From assembly GCF_000002075.1 (NCBI RefSeq), contig NW_004797276.1, forward strand, positions 2,177,950-2,241,949: a stretch of DNA of 64,000 bases. The letters are read 5' to 3'. Positions 51,565-64,000 of this stretch are shown here, in pieces. Within the stretch, counting starts at the first letter, position 1. The number at the start of each line of letters is the position of its first letter. Position numbers and translations under genes: made by a program. The notes below the pieces were generated by a model that saw only the letters and a list, made by a program, of their open reading frames with translations, did not search any database and was not told the DNA's origin. This DNA comes from Aplysia californica (lineage: Eukaryota).

Positions 51565-54500
51565 TTAAAGGAAGGTTGTTTTAAAGGGTTCACTTGATTT
51601 CAGATAAAAACGGTCTTGCTCTTAATGTACAGGTGCAATATATAATGTATTAATGTGAGTATTCAGTGCTTATGATTAGTTGTTGCTCATAGTATCATTT
51701 TATTTTTTGTCGTCTCTTAATGTGAGATAAGAGTTTATGTTAATGACATCTGTTGTCAAGCCTATACCACTGGTTGGTGCAGCATAAATCACTGGGTTTG
51801 TTACTGTAGAAAGTTTGTAATGAGATGAATTTAAAATGAAGTGGATCATTTAGAATACCCTATCCAAGAGTGGGTATGTGTTATTGCTTTTGTTGTTGGG
51901 CCCATTCCCTTTGACCCAGTGCCGTCATGTAGAGGGTGACGACTGAAGTCTTTATGAGTTGTTCTTTTTTTTTTGCAGCAAACTGTGTTGGTTAAGTTGG
52001 AGTTGGGAGAAGTTAGGTTTTCTTGTTGTGTTACAGGCATCACTTGTTTTTTTCTTTCACTTTATCTGTGGCTTCTGATGATTACTTAAAAATTTCTTTA
52101 AAATGAATTGTCTTTAACAGTGCAAGGTACTAGATATTAGGGTTCTGTTGGTATATGCTTTGGAAGCTGTCTTCTGCCATATTTTCATATTTAAAATACA
52201 TTTTGTCACTCTCACAAAAGCTTCAAATGCTTATTTTCCTATCGTGTGAGTTCCAACGCCTCCATTTTAAAATGTTATCAAAAGATGTAGTTTTCTTCTT
52301 TATGACATGTGTGAATAAAATAACTAATGTTAGCAAAGTATTAAAGAAAGGAAAATCTATATTTTTCTTAGTTTTGAGAGGTACAGTCGAGCACGGATAA
52401 CATACATATATGTCAGGGGTTGACAAATAAATTCCAATTGTTCAACGCATTCGTAATCCAGGTAAACCATAAGGGTCAAGTAATATAGTGCAAGACTTCT
52501 CACCAACTTTTGGTAAAATTTAACACTTCGCTACCTCAGAATTACAAAGTCCTATCTGCTCTGTACCAAGTTTTGAGAAATTTAATATCAAAATTTTTGA
52601 GTTTCACAATATGTCAATCTTTTTCTAATGCAGTTCTTTGTATCTTGATAACGACTCCGACTATTCTTACGATTTTGATTGACCAGATTGAGCATTTACT
52701 TTCTGACCTCAAAACAGTCAAAAATGTCAGAGAGAACTTCTTAATTCTGAGGTAGCCACTTGGCTTCTATTGGCAGGTGGTTGGAGGGTGCCACTGGAAG
52801 GTTCTATTCTTTACTTTACCTCTGTTGTTTCTGTCTGTCTTACTTTCTCCCAGCAGTTAATGACATTATTGTGTCGATGTGCTTCTCTTTACTCAAACAA
52901 AACAAAGCTTCTATTGTCAGACAATTTCAGTAAGTTTTCCTTGCTCTGCCATCATGAAAAGTACTCAGTATCGATAAAAGGATAAATGGATGGGTAGTGC
53001 ATGCACCTTTTTCGTGTTGAAGCAAGAGAACGGAAGAGGATGATGTTGAAAAGCCATACAACTTTTTAAAATGTTAATGGTCTTGGAATAGATGATTGTC
53101 ATGACAGTGCTACCGACTCTAGTCAGAGAACACCATCTACCCTTATTGTGTAATCACCTCCCGATCCACACCTTCACGTTAAACAACTAAATGCACTCAA
53201 ATGCAATTCACTGTACTGCCCAGTGCGTTTTTAATCCCACCTCCCAGCACCCGCTCTCAGTGACTAAGATTCAAGGAAGTTCTTGTGCCTTACTCGCACT
53301 ACAGGTACCATTTTGCAATGATGCTTCTTGATACTAGTTGAGTGTGGTGTGTATCACGATGTGCAGGGGCAAGCCTGTTAGGCTCATGTAACCTGATACA
53401 ATACACTCTCTTTGACGATTGGTGTGTTTATTTTTTATCTTTGGCGTAGGGAGATGTGAATGTAAGAGACATTTGTTGGGGAAAATTTTGGTGCGATTTT
53501 TCAAGATGAGCTGACTGACACATCTGTGCGGGTGTTTAAGAAAACAGTGCTGCCAGTCTTTAAAAAATGTAGCGGTTCTCTCTGAGAATGGCATATTGTT
53601 CAAGATATCCATGGATTTGAGTCGGGTTTAAGTTATCTGTGCTCGATTGTATAACAACTTAAAGTAAGATGTAGTAACATGAGTGCATGGACTTAATAGA
53701 GTTTATTAAGTCACGACCTCTTGTTTGTTCAGTTAACCATCCAAGTGTCAATAACAAAAAGCCTGAAGTATCAAGGGAAATTATATGATTCTACCACATT
53801 ATGTTGGAAAGTACTTGAGAACAGGCAAACCTAGTAAGTTGGGGCCATACATTTTCGGAGAGTAGAATGTATAAAGGAAGTAAGCTCATTTGCGATGAAA
53901 TAGCAATGTTTGGCGCCATAAACTGTGAGATAAACGAACTGAAATAACTACACAAATAATGGTTGATTAAATTGGCATCAACACTTTGAGAACCAAACTT
54001 ACGGCCAACTTTTGTTGGAGAGTTAAATAATTTCATAATCCAACTGGGAGCCATTAAGTCTGGTAAAATTGTCATGTTAAGATTGAGAACGTTTTTGTGT
54101 GCCATAATAACATGCCAGGTGGTGTGATTTCTCAGATAATGGCTGGGGAGGAGGGAAGATTATATTGTGTGTGGCCAGGTAATAAACAATACTCCTCATT
54201 TCTTGTCAAATGAAGCACTAGACTGTTCAGTTGTAATTTATATCATTGGGGGAAGTGATATGTGTGTCTTGTTTGTTTTTGGAGAATATGGTAGACTCCT
54301 GGTATTGTGTAACTGTACTATACTAAAGATAAGTTTTTGTACTCTGTCGAAACATTTTGAGTCTGTCAGTCACACTTTAAATTGCTGAATACAAGTGATA
54401 ATTATGATGTGGAGTCCTACTGCACATGTATCATATTTATTAGCTGAAGAGACTATTGCACACCAGAGTTTGTATTTGACTAATTTTAGGACATTTGATT

Positions 54501-57484
54501 GTCTTTTTGCGCTTACTTTCTGTGAAACATAGCCGTATTTAGATAGTGGAACTATCGTGACATCAGGAAAAAAGTTTGGTTTCAAAAGAAAAAGAACTTT
54601 GGATGTAATTGTTGGTCTATGATGATATAAGAAGGGAAAAGTCATAATATTGTCGCTTCAGAACTATTTTGTTCAAAGTGCCTCTCTTTACACTTCACTT
54701 TACTTAAGTACTTGTTGGACAAAATAGTTCGGAGGCGACGATATTTGGATAAGTGTCATGGCCATACTCAAATGGTTACACAATGAGATTTTGCAATGTA
54801 GATAACACTGCCTGTCGTGAATGTTGGACACAGTTCTATGACTGGAAGTTTTAGTTTTATTTCATCTATAGTTATGAGATACTGGGTTTTGGGAAAGGGT
54901 ATGTAAATTATGAAACAGTAAGAGGGGTAAGATTTCATTGAGTGTTGAAACAGGATTTAAAGATAAAAGGGGAGAAAATGTGAAGGCATCGGTCATCATT
55001 GATTAGAAGACTATATCTGGTGCGAAGTGTGTTGTTTTCTGAAACACTAGTGTTTTTACTTTTATAATTGTTGCATGTTTTTATCAGAAAGCTGTATGCC
55101 AAGGAGATGTGACTGGGGTGAAAGTGTGACTGTGTTTATTCATCAAAGTACCTTATGTTACCCCTGGATTCATTTGGTAGCATACAAACTGCTACGGTGA
55201 AGGAAGTCCCGAGTACGGTGGATTGAGGACTAGAAATGTACTTTTGTGGTAACAGGCCACCTGTACAGTTAGCATTTCCTAGCTAGTTGATTTCACATTC
55301 ACTGTTCTTCTGTTGGTGAGTTGAAAGTTTATTGCTTCTGTGTACCACAACTTGTGCTATGTGCTATTTCACATGTTTCTGTATCCTGAGTTTTACCAAA
55401 AAGTTGAAAGGAATTTGTTTAAATTTGTTCCAATAATGTTAATTATTGGTTATTCTTTTATGGTTGGTTTCAGCTTTGAAATTTAGATTTATTTATAATA
55501 ACCGTATCACTAGTTCAGCGTCAGTTGCTGAATCGCTTTCAAAGTTTTGAGAGATTGCTTTTACTGTCAGCCAATCTTTAGAGCATTTGTAAGTGTCCTA
55601 GTGTATGTGCTTGTGCATGTATAATGAACAATGTATTATTCACTAGGCCTTATAGGAGATCTCTAGTATCACTGGAGCCCATGGATGTCAGCTTTGGGAG
55701 AAATTCTGAGTATTGCCTTTTATGGGTCGATATTGTTTCTTTGACAATTTTGTTGCCAGTTTAAATAATTGATCTAATCACACTGAATGATCAGAAACAT
55801 TTGTGCATGCATTATAAGGTTTGTTTGTGCTAAAACAGCATATATGAATGTGCCCTGATTCATTTTTGGTTATCAAAAATAAAATCCTATTCAGCAACGT
55901 CTCTTTTGATTTTATTGTATTGGACATGTGTTATCTGTGTTATGTGACTGTCATTTCACTAGATCTAGTGTCATCAGACTTGGGCTCGACTATCTTTACA
56001 AGGAATAGGTGAATGTTTCACAAATTGAACCCAGAAGTTTGTTTCTGTTTGTCGAAATGGAATGTATATATATAAATGCAGGCAACCAAAGATTGATTTA
56101 GAAAACTTCTCTTTCAAAATACTACTACTACTAAACATCAAGATTGTGAAATAATGTCACTTGATCTACTTTTCCCTCCCACTCCCATATATTACTTAAA
56201 CCACTGTCCATCAAAATTTATAAGGGGTTTGTAATCAAAGTACAATTTTACTTTAGGCCTAGCTTATAACTCGTCAGATGAGGGTGAGGACAATGAGCAG
56301 GATTTACTTTTTTTTTATGGATCATTCTTGTATGCCTCATTTTGTTGTCAGTTGTTGGTTTTTTGTTGTAGAGGTTGGGCCATTTGCGAAAGTATGATGC
56401 TCAATAAAGTAATGGGTTCTGGGATATTCTTTACTTTATATTCCTGGCAGAGAGTGGGCATATTTTGGAATGACATGGAGTGTGGGCTGTGAAACTATTA
56501 TTAAATTTAAACTAAGACTCATGTTCAGATAGATATCCGGTATGTGTAGTAGAATCTACTCAGTATTACGCCTTCTCCATCTTTCTTATTCTGTCTTCCG
56601 TTTCAGCTACCTTCAAGCCCATTCCCCTCCTCTCACTCCTTATGCTCATTGTATTGATCAATGAACTCCACTCTACATCTCATTATGTTCCAACTCCTCC
56701 CTCCTACCAAAGAAATCATCTCACTTCTTAGCATTGTGTCACTCATTGGGCAAGTGCTCTAATGTTGTTTGCTTCTTTCTTTTTCAGATTTATTACAATC
56801 TCATAAATACATACATTTTTGGCTCATATTATACATCTGGGAGCCCCCCAGGGTTGTGTTACTGACTGAAGTGTCTTTTAGGCCATTCCCAAAGGGGGAT
56901 ATTAACATGTTCTTATGCACAGTAAAATTGTAAATAGGCTGATTTATCAGTCATGCTCATACTGTGCCGGAACAACATGGGAACTGCTGCTTTTTCTTTC
57001 CTGATCCTTACTGTCATCATTTTTCGTCTACTTCTTTTGTATGTTTGTCACTCTCTTGTAAACTACTACTTCCAAGATGCCTTGATAGTCAAAGCAGACT
57101 TTGTGCTGTTGAGGCTGCAGAGGGGAGCAGAGTGAGCCTGATTCCCCGTTTAGACTTCTCTGTTGACCTCCACCCCTTGGCGCTCATATGACCAGATGCA
57201 GTCGCGAGCGCCCTAAAACCTTACTAAAACAAACATACATCTGAGGGAGGTTTGGTGTTTCTCATGCTGTGGAAATTCCTACTCTCTTCTATCTGAGATG
57301 GACTTTGGATATTCGGAGGTCCCGTCTCCTAAACAACCCCACAATATTGCAAGGACTTACCTCCTTCCTTTTTCTTTTTTTATAGTTTTGTTACTCTCTT
57401 GTAACACCTCTAATTTGCACTTACATGAACTAATATTGTTTTAAAATTGCGGTAAGACGCTCTAACTAAATCATAAAACAATAC

Positions 57485-57809
57485 NNNNNNNNNNNNNNNN
57501 NNNNNNNNNNNNNNNNNNNNNNNNNNNNNNNNNNNNNNNNNNNNNNNNNNNNNNNNNNNNNNNNNNNNNNNNNNNNNNNNNNNNNNNNNNNNNNNNNNNN
57601 NNNNNNNNNNNNNNNNNNNNNNNNNNNNNNNNNNNNNNNNNNNNNNNNNNNNNNNNNNNNNNNNNNNNNNNNNNNNNNNNNNNNNNNNNNNNNNNNNNNN
57701 NNNNNNNNNNNNNNNNNNNNNNNNNNNNNNNNNNNNNNNNNNNNNNNNNNNNNNNNNNNNNNNNNNNNNNNNNNNNNNNNNNNNNNNNNNNNNNNNNNNN
57801 NNNNNNNNN
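57485..57809. other. Assembly gap (325 N)
   Basis: Seen directly. Confidence 1.
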
Positions 57810-58328
57810 CTGTATGACCCATTTTTGTTGCATGTGCCATAAAACTCTGACTAAATATTAAACTAAACTTTCTCTCTCACACACTGACAAGTACACACAT
57901 ACTCTCCCTTGTTTTCACAGGCACATACACCTGGAGCTGTATACTTTTCAGAAAAAGGCTGAAGTGTGGAACAAATACTGGAGTTTAATGAGAGGGGGGT
58001 GTTTATACTTTGTCTTTTTTTTTCTGTTGCACGCTTATCATTGTGCAAATGAGCATGATTGTTTAACCCTCTTTGACTTTGAGCCCAACAGATGTTCTCA
58101 TTCCAGCAAATTAAGACTTTTGACAAGTTTTTTTTTTACTAGAAGTCTGAGAGGATGGATGGATGGTTTGACAACTTATTCAACAATGGCTGTGCGGCAT
58201 GCCGCTGCAGCTTTGTTTTTACAAAGAAAATATCACAGTAACACAGCTCGACCTCTTCAAAAATAATGCCTGATTTCTTTGCTTGTTCCCAACAGACTCT
58301 TTAAATGTGCTCTTGTTCCTCCCCCCAG

Positions 58329-58420
58329 ATGATGCCACGGCTGGCCCTCCCCCAAGGATGCCTGATGGTGTGAAGCCTCTCTGTGGGTATGTGCACCATG
58401 AAGATGCTGAAAAGTGGATG
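58329..58420 (+). CDS. Gene B module V4 (BEN domain) exon a
   Basis: Acceptor cctccccccag|AT (phase 1; a second in-frame acceptor at 58296), reads DATAGPPPRMPDGVKPLCGYVHHEDAEKWM, donor |gtgagt (phase 0) matching the phase-0 acceptor at 59794. Confidence 0.7.
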
Positions 58421-59793
58421 GTGAGTAGACACATCATCTAGACTAGTCTGTCCCTGGGGTGTGAAAGCCACATGTGTGTGTGGGTGCCCGCAGAAAGATC
58501 CCAGTAGTCGGAAATTTTGGATGTTGAATTAAGGGCATATTCTTATAAGCAAATGTGATGCTGAACACGCTTCTTTTAATTTTTTTCAAAAATCTTGAGT
58601 AGTTTTAAAGATATGCCACATTTTGTAACACAGTGTAAAAACAAAGTTTGGAGAAGAACCCAATTTCTAACACATTTTTAACATTTGGTGAAATACATGT
58701 TGCAAAAACATGATATAAAAAAAGTTATCTAGACTTAGAATATTATAAAATCTTTTCAGTATGTTATTAAAATGTCATGTAAAATTGCAATATTATGTCA
58801 TAAATGTGTCAATAACAAAGCTCCCTCATATCTTAGTGATCGCATCCAGATTTATATGTGTGTGAATATTTTTGGTAAAGGGCCTAGAGCTGTGTTCACA
58901 CGTGAGTGGGCGCTATAGAAATGATCTACATTATTATTATTATTGTTATTATTATTAAGAAATGGCTAAACGTGGGTTTTCTGATGGAACTATATTTTTG
59001 ACCAGGTACAACTTTTATGGCCTTTTCATCCTGTTGCTTAAAAATAGATTTGCCGACAACTGGGACCTTTCTCCAGACACACACATATATGTCATTATCA
59101 AAGTGCAATGTGTACATCTGGCTAGCAGTGGAGCAATTTTACGTGAGGAAGGGCTGTACAACTCGGGCAGTTGGCAGATGGCAGGTTGAAGTTGAAGGAG
59201 CTGAAAGTGTGTTTATATAGATGTTCCTTTTTGTGTTTTGCTCTTCTCTTTTTTTTTCAAATGTGTTTATGTTGTACCATTAACTGATTAATAAAAAGAA
59301 GAAGAATAGATTGCATTAATGTAGTGCTCGATCCCATAAGAGTATAAGCTCTGAGCGCTTTACATCGATGACATGATCACAGAGCAGTTTGCATGGAAAA
59401 ATGTAGGGCTCTGATATTTCTCTGAATTCCAAATTTTAGGGCAAAAAATGAGAACTTTTCCCTCCAAAAAATCTTAATTTCATTCTAGGGGCTCTGAATT
59501 TTGTTGCATCTGTGAATGACCATAACTGATGAGACAGAACACACAGTGTTAAAACCTCAAACAGATATGGTGGAACATTATTTTTATAACAGATGGTAGA
59601 GACTTTAAATTTGATTCTTTTTTCTACTGAAAGTCAGTGCAGAGCTTTTAACATTTTTTGGTGCAGGATAATTATAATACAAACGTGGTTTTAAAGAGAT
59701 TTATGGAAAACTGTTGAGAATGATACTGCTCGCTACACATGCTGATCGGTTTTTTTCGCAAGTAAATTACCCGTACCTTGACATTGTCCCCAG

Positions 59794-59900
59794 ATGATAG
59801 AACTGCTTCCTGGTTCAGGCGTGTTTATTCATCAGGAGAACTACAACGTGGTCATGTCCAAGACGAGGCAAGACCGGCCGGATGGAAAGGCCATGGCAAG
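59794..59900 (+). CDS. Gene B module V4 (BEN domain) exon b
   Basis: ttgtccccag|ATG ATA GAA CTG CTT CCT GGT TCA GGC GTG TTT ATT (IELLPGSGVFI, typical of the segment before BEN domains) ... KAMA AG|gtctgt (phase 2). Confidence 0.75.
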
Positions 59901-61902
59901 GTCTGTGCTTTGGGGTGAAATAGAGGGACTTTCATTTCTGCCTCATTTTGTTATGCGTGTTCCTGCTCTTTGGTTTTATCTGAAGACTGGTCATTATTTT
60001 TATTTTATTTTGTGTCTCACAATTCTGGTGTACTGGTGAAAGTACACAATTCGGTGGCGTTTATGATATTGTATTCGGCTTCATTCGGCTTTCCCCAGTC
60101 CGAGAGTACGTTTCACTCGAATAAGCGGCTATGGCGGCAGGCGAAACTAGGTGTAATACTGAAACTCCATCGGGTGAATCAAAATTTAAAAACACAGTGT
60201 TGCCATACAAATTAAATCGATATTCTTACTGATGTCACTATAATGACCAAAAAAAAAAAGAAGGAAGAAAAAGAAAACAAGTGTCCTCCGATTTCTAGAT
60301 TGTCTGGCTCGTCATTGAACCTGTGAGAGTTAATGAGTATGGCATGAGTAAGGAACCGTCCGTTGGTTGTTGGGGAAGGCCTAATCAAAGTTTATTCAAA
60401 GTAGGCGTGTTGCAGGGCTTCGGATTTGAGGGGAGGTGTTTGACGCAATAAAGTCTACGGCAGCAGGAAAAGGCCGCAGTGCAAGAAACTGATGCTAAAT
60501 TAAGAACGATAAGTGGAAGTGGTTTTGACATTTGACAATCGAGTGCGTAAAGGAGGGAACATTAGAGAACTGGCTTGATGATTGTATCTTCAAGGTTGGT
60601 GTTCCCAGATTTGTCAGTGATGACAAATTGAATAGTGGCAATGAGGAAATGCCTTTTTCAACCCTCGGAAAGCTCTATGTTGGATGCCTATATGGATCAT
60701 GATGGCTTGTTGCTGATTAAAAACTGGTACTGTGATTTAGCATTTTGAAAAAAAATCAATACTTAGTCCATGATGCAGTGATTCACTGATTGCCAGCATC
60801 ACTACATCCCATGCTCTCACAGTCTTTCCAGCTCCGGCTCTCAGTACACACTCTCTTTTATTTTCCCTTTTTGCTCTGCCGTGAGCCTGACTATAAAGGT
60901 TTTATAAATAAGTTTTGTCTTGCATGCTTTTTAAAATCCGTGATTACTGAAACCAAACATGGTTTTGGCAGTTGGTGTTCTTCTTGCCTCTCCTAAGGCC
61001 CAGATCAGGATTAGTTTTTTATTTTTAGGGTAAAACTAGTTAAAATTAATTGTTTTGTCATACCTAAGTCACGAAGGACTTATCAGTGTCCTATACTAGT
61101 GTCGGGAAATATGTTTTAATATAGTTTGTATTTGTATGGGCTAGGGGTTTTGAAGTTAATTTGGCTGTCATCCTGCACTCAATTCCAGATTCAATACTGA
61201 ATGATAAGTGCCTTGGACGATAGTCCATAAATGCTTTTAAAAAAAAAAAGCTCGCCTCATTTCATACACACTTCATCTTAACTTGTGCATACCCAAACAC
61301 CCCCTTCCCCTCCCCACATATATAAACATACGCGAGAACATGCCCACGTGTACACACAGACACACACATACATGTGCATGCACAAATAGTTTTCAAAATA
61401 TAAGTACCCAATATCCCGGACAGCAATCGCGTTCGACGAGGCAACGATTATCTTTTTTTCTCTTCTTTGTTTTTGTACTACCTGATTTTGGGCCAAATTA
61501 CCTGAAAATGACCCTGAATCTACCTGAAATGGGAACTTTAAGGTAGGCAGCCTTACATATGAGACACTGTACTTTGAGAAGTCAGCCAAGTGCTCTTGGA
61601 TTCTACTTTCTTGTTGTCTTTAGAGAATATCAAATGATCAGTTTTGTGGGGGGGGGATTCAGAATGTGATTGACTGTGATTTATGGTTCTCTGTTTTTAC
61701 GTACAATCTGCCAATTATTTTTCAAATACAAAGGGGAAAGGAGATTTGATAGGAGAGTTGTTTAAATTTCCCCATGAAACGGAGTTGCAATGACTTAAAA
61801 CAATTTTTGGATTTTTGGTGTGTGTGCGTGTTGGCAGGGTTACATTGAGTTGAGTTCTTTTTTAAAATATGTCCTAGTTCTGTTATTGCCTTGTCTTTCC
61901 AG

Positions 61903-62015
61903 GTACCTCATGTCATGTTTCTGGAGACAAAGTGAATTAGTGGGTGCCAGTATTGCAGAGCCTCCCAAGCCTCATCAGAAATCACTGGATAGGGGCATTG
62001 TGCACGCTATTTTAG
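61903..62015 (+). CDS. Gene B module V4 (BEN domain) exon c; domain continues downstream
   Basis: ttgtctttccag|G completes the Arg codon: MARYLMSCFWRQSELVGASIAEPPKPHQKSLDRGIVHAIL fits the BEN consensus (AR-xL-xxFF-xxEL-xxxS...LD-xxxx-AI). Donor G|gtgag. Confidence 0.75.
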
Positions 62016-62113
62016 GTGAGAAGCTGCTCTTTGTACAACCATAAGAGAAACTGCAATAGTTTACTCTCTGTTCTGTTGTAATTTGTTAACCTTTGTGTGT
62101 TGTCAAACATATT

Positions 62114-63045
62114 TGGTTGAATGATAATACACCATCATATTTATCAAATCTGTTGAGACTGTACATTCCAACTCGCAGTTTAAGGTCACCAGCTGACAAA
62201 AAGAAATTTCTTTTACTATCTATGAAACTTAAAACAACGGGTGAAAGGGCATTTGAATATCAAGGCCCCAAGGTCTGGAATGCTTTGCCAAGTACTTTGA
62301 GAGAGATCAAATCCTTTTGATTCATTCAAATGTCAGCTGAAGTCATTTCTGTTTTTAAATTAATCAGATGAGTATTTGGAGTGATTTGTGTCAATTGCTA
62401 CCGAGTGACGCAGTGGCAATTGACGAAAATTGACTTTTTGTCAATTGCCACCGAGTAAATTGGAGCTCTTTTGCGTTGGTGGGTAGATCAAGCTTATTGT
62501 GCTCGAGTGCTCGGTGTTGTGCGTTCGCCTCTCTGTCCCTCTGTGTGTGTGTGTGTCTTTTCCTGACCCCCGTCCCCCGATTTATGTTCCCCGATATAAT
62601 GTGAATTTCTGCTTGAGTTTATGTGCGTTTGTGACCTTCTACTTCTAGAATTGCCTGTGTTGGTTCTACATCAAAGTGTAGGCTAAGGCTAGCCTAGATC
62701 TAGGCCTACGTCTCATTGAAAACACGCCAAGTTGGCACCGTAGCTCTAGACTAGATGCTCGTCCAATGAAATCATTGAGAACAAATTGATCCATTAGACA
62801 CACATTATGTACAATGCTAAAGATAGTGTTGTTTTCAGACTTGACACCGCTTCACTCTGTGGCAATTGACAAGTGGCAATTGCCACAGCGTCACTCGGTG
62901 GCAATTGACGCTACCATTTTCTTTTGGTCAGAACACAGCGTTTTATGTTACTGTTGTATTGTATTGTAAAGCGCTCAGAGCCTGTGTACTTTTATCGGAG
63001 GTTGAGCGCTATATAAATGTTATTTATTTATTATTATTATTATTA
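62114..63045 (+). mobile_element. L2/CR1-group LINE 3' end interrupted by a MITE
   Basis: PSYLSNLLRLYIPTRSLRS...GERAFEYQGPKVWNALPSTLR..., the L2-type C-terminus; tail aagcgctcagagc...agcgctatataaatg(tta)n at ~62965-63045. Confidence 0.8.
62388..62911. mobile_element. MITE with 24-bp TIR
   Basis: gtgtcaattgctaccgagtgacgc ... gcgtcactcggtggcaattgacgc. Confidence 0.75.
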
Positions 63046-64000
63046 GGTATCATCATCTTGTCTATCTCTGCTTTGCTGCCTAATTTTTAGAGAAGAAAAC
63101 ACCTGTGTTGCTGAATCATGTCATTTGAGGTTAAATTATTGTTTTGTGTAAAACTTTTTTTTCTCTCCTACTATCATCTTGGAAATGGGGATAACCATCA
63201 GATTTTATGCACTAGTAGTGACATCTTCCCTGTATCAGTCGAATTTCACACTAAGATCAAGGTGCCTGCAATCTGGAGAGAAAAATTTGAGGAGGCCATG
63301 TCTGAGACATAGGTGGCATTTGTCAAGCTTACCTGTAAACTGTTAAGCCCCGGTTACAAGCAACGATAAATTGTATCAGATTCATCATATGAGAGAACTG
63401 TCTGTTTTATCGAACTGTGTTGTCTGTTTACACGTTCCAATCTATCGCCCAGTTTTCTTTCGATTGAGGAGATTCCTAGTCATAAAGCCACCATGTCTGT
63501 TTGCGACGACAGGGATTTGCCTGCTCTCTATGTGAAGGTTTCAAGCTCTGGACTTAATGAATGAAAGGCGAACACTACCTCTAGATCACAGAAGGCCCCC
63601 CCCCCCCCCCCCTCCCTTTCCCCTGTACATTTTGCTATAGCAGAACAGTGTCTTTAGAAAAGGTGGCCATACTGTAGGCCTACCGTGTTGTGTGTAGAAC
63701 CGGAAGCTTTGACTTGACTGCAGGTGTGCAACGCACAAAGTGTCCTTGATGCACAGCTTCACTCCTGACGATCAACTAAATAATAAAATTGCTAAATTAT
63801 ATATATAATAACACACCAAATCAGGTTTTCGGAGAGTAACTTGGCTTATTTTGAGACGCTGATTCCAAATATGAAATCAGTTTTTACCTACTATAATTAT
63901 TTTAACAATTTTGAGTCCTTAGTTTTGTTCTGCTCGGTGGCAAATTTCAAAGTGAATCTTCGTCACAGCGCGTGTCCCTCAAGTGTGACCCTGATCGCAC

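Noticed and set aside
54662-54786. Phase-1 candidate exon LFCSKCLSLHF...
   Set aside because: Only one CxxC, no correctly spaced His pair and a weak polypyrimidine tract.
29330-62015. One long multidomain protein containing all modules
   Set aside because: V1, V2 and V3 each terminate in an in-frame stop shortly after the domain, with no obvious donor preserving the complete domain, so they are alternatives.

Overview
Eukaryotic animal genomic DNA: AT-rich, intron-rich and dense in MITEs, SINEs and LINE fragments. It is probably lophotrochozoan/molluscan, which is an inference. Two divergently oriented paralogous genes share a ~65-aa N-terminal domain that I cannot assign to a named family (F-I-S-x-L-V-K-S-L-Q-x-L-C-x-G-x-V-x-F ... 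I-G-H ... Y-I-V-x-E-x-V-x-K ... S-T-x-F-x-S-x-S-Y). Gene A is on the minus strand (coding exon 2016-1491) and continues off the left edge. Gene B is on the plus strand, with two 'constant' coding exons (20570-21338, 22470-22670) ending in a phase-1 donor. These are followed over ~40 kb by at least four unrelated 3' modules that each begin with a phase-1 acceptor: two C2H2 zinc-finger-pair terminal exons (29330-29688, 29906-30186), a catalytically dead Crypton/DUF3504 tyrosine-recombinase-like module (45839-46015 + 46890-47668) and a BEN-domain module (58329-58420, 59794-59900, 61903-62015, continuing). This constant-N-terminus plus swappable DNA-binding C-terminus layout parallels Drosophila mod(mdg4)/lola, but the constant domain does not look like BTB. 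The rest of the window is introns/UTR with hAT-, MULE-, piggyBac- and pogo-like non-autonomous elements, Gypsy/RTE/L2 fragments, a tRNA-derived SINE, microsatellites and two assembly gaps. All splice models were read by eye from splice signals and reading phase; there is no transcript evidence.
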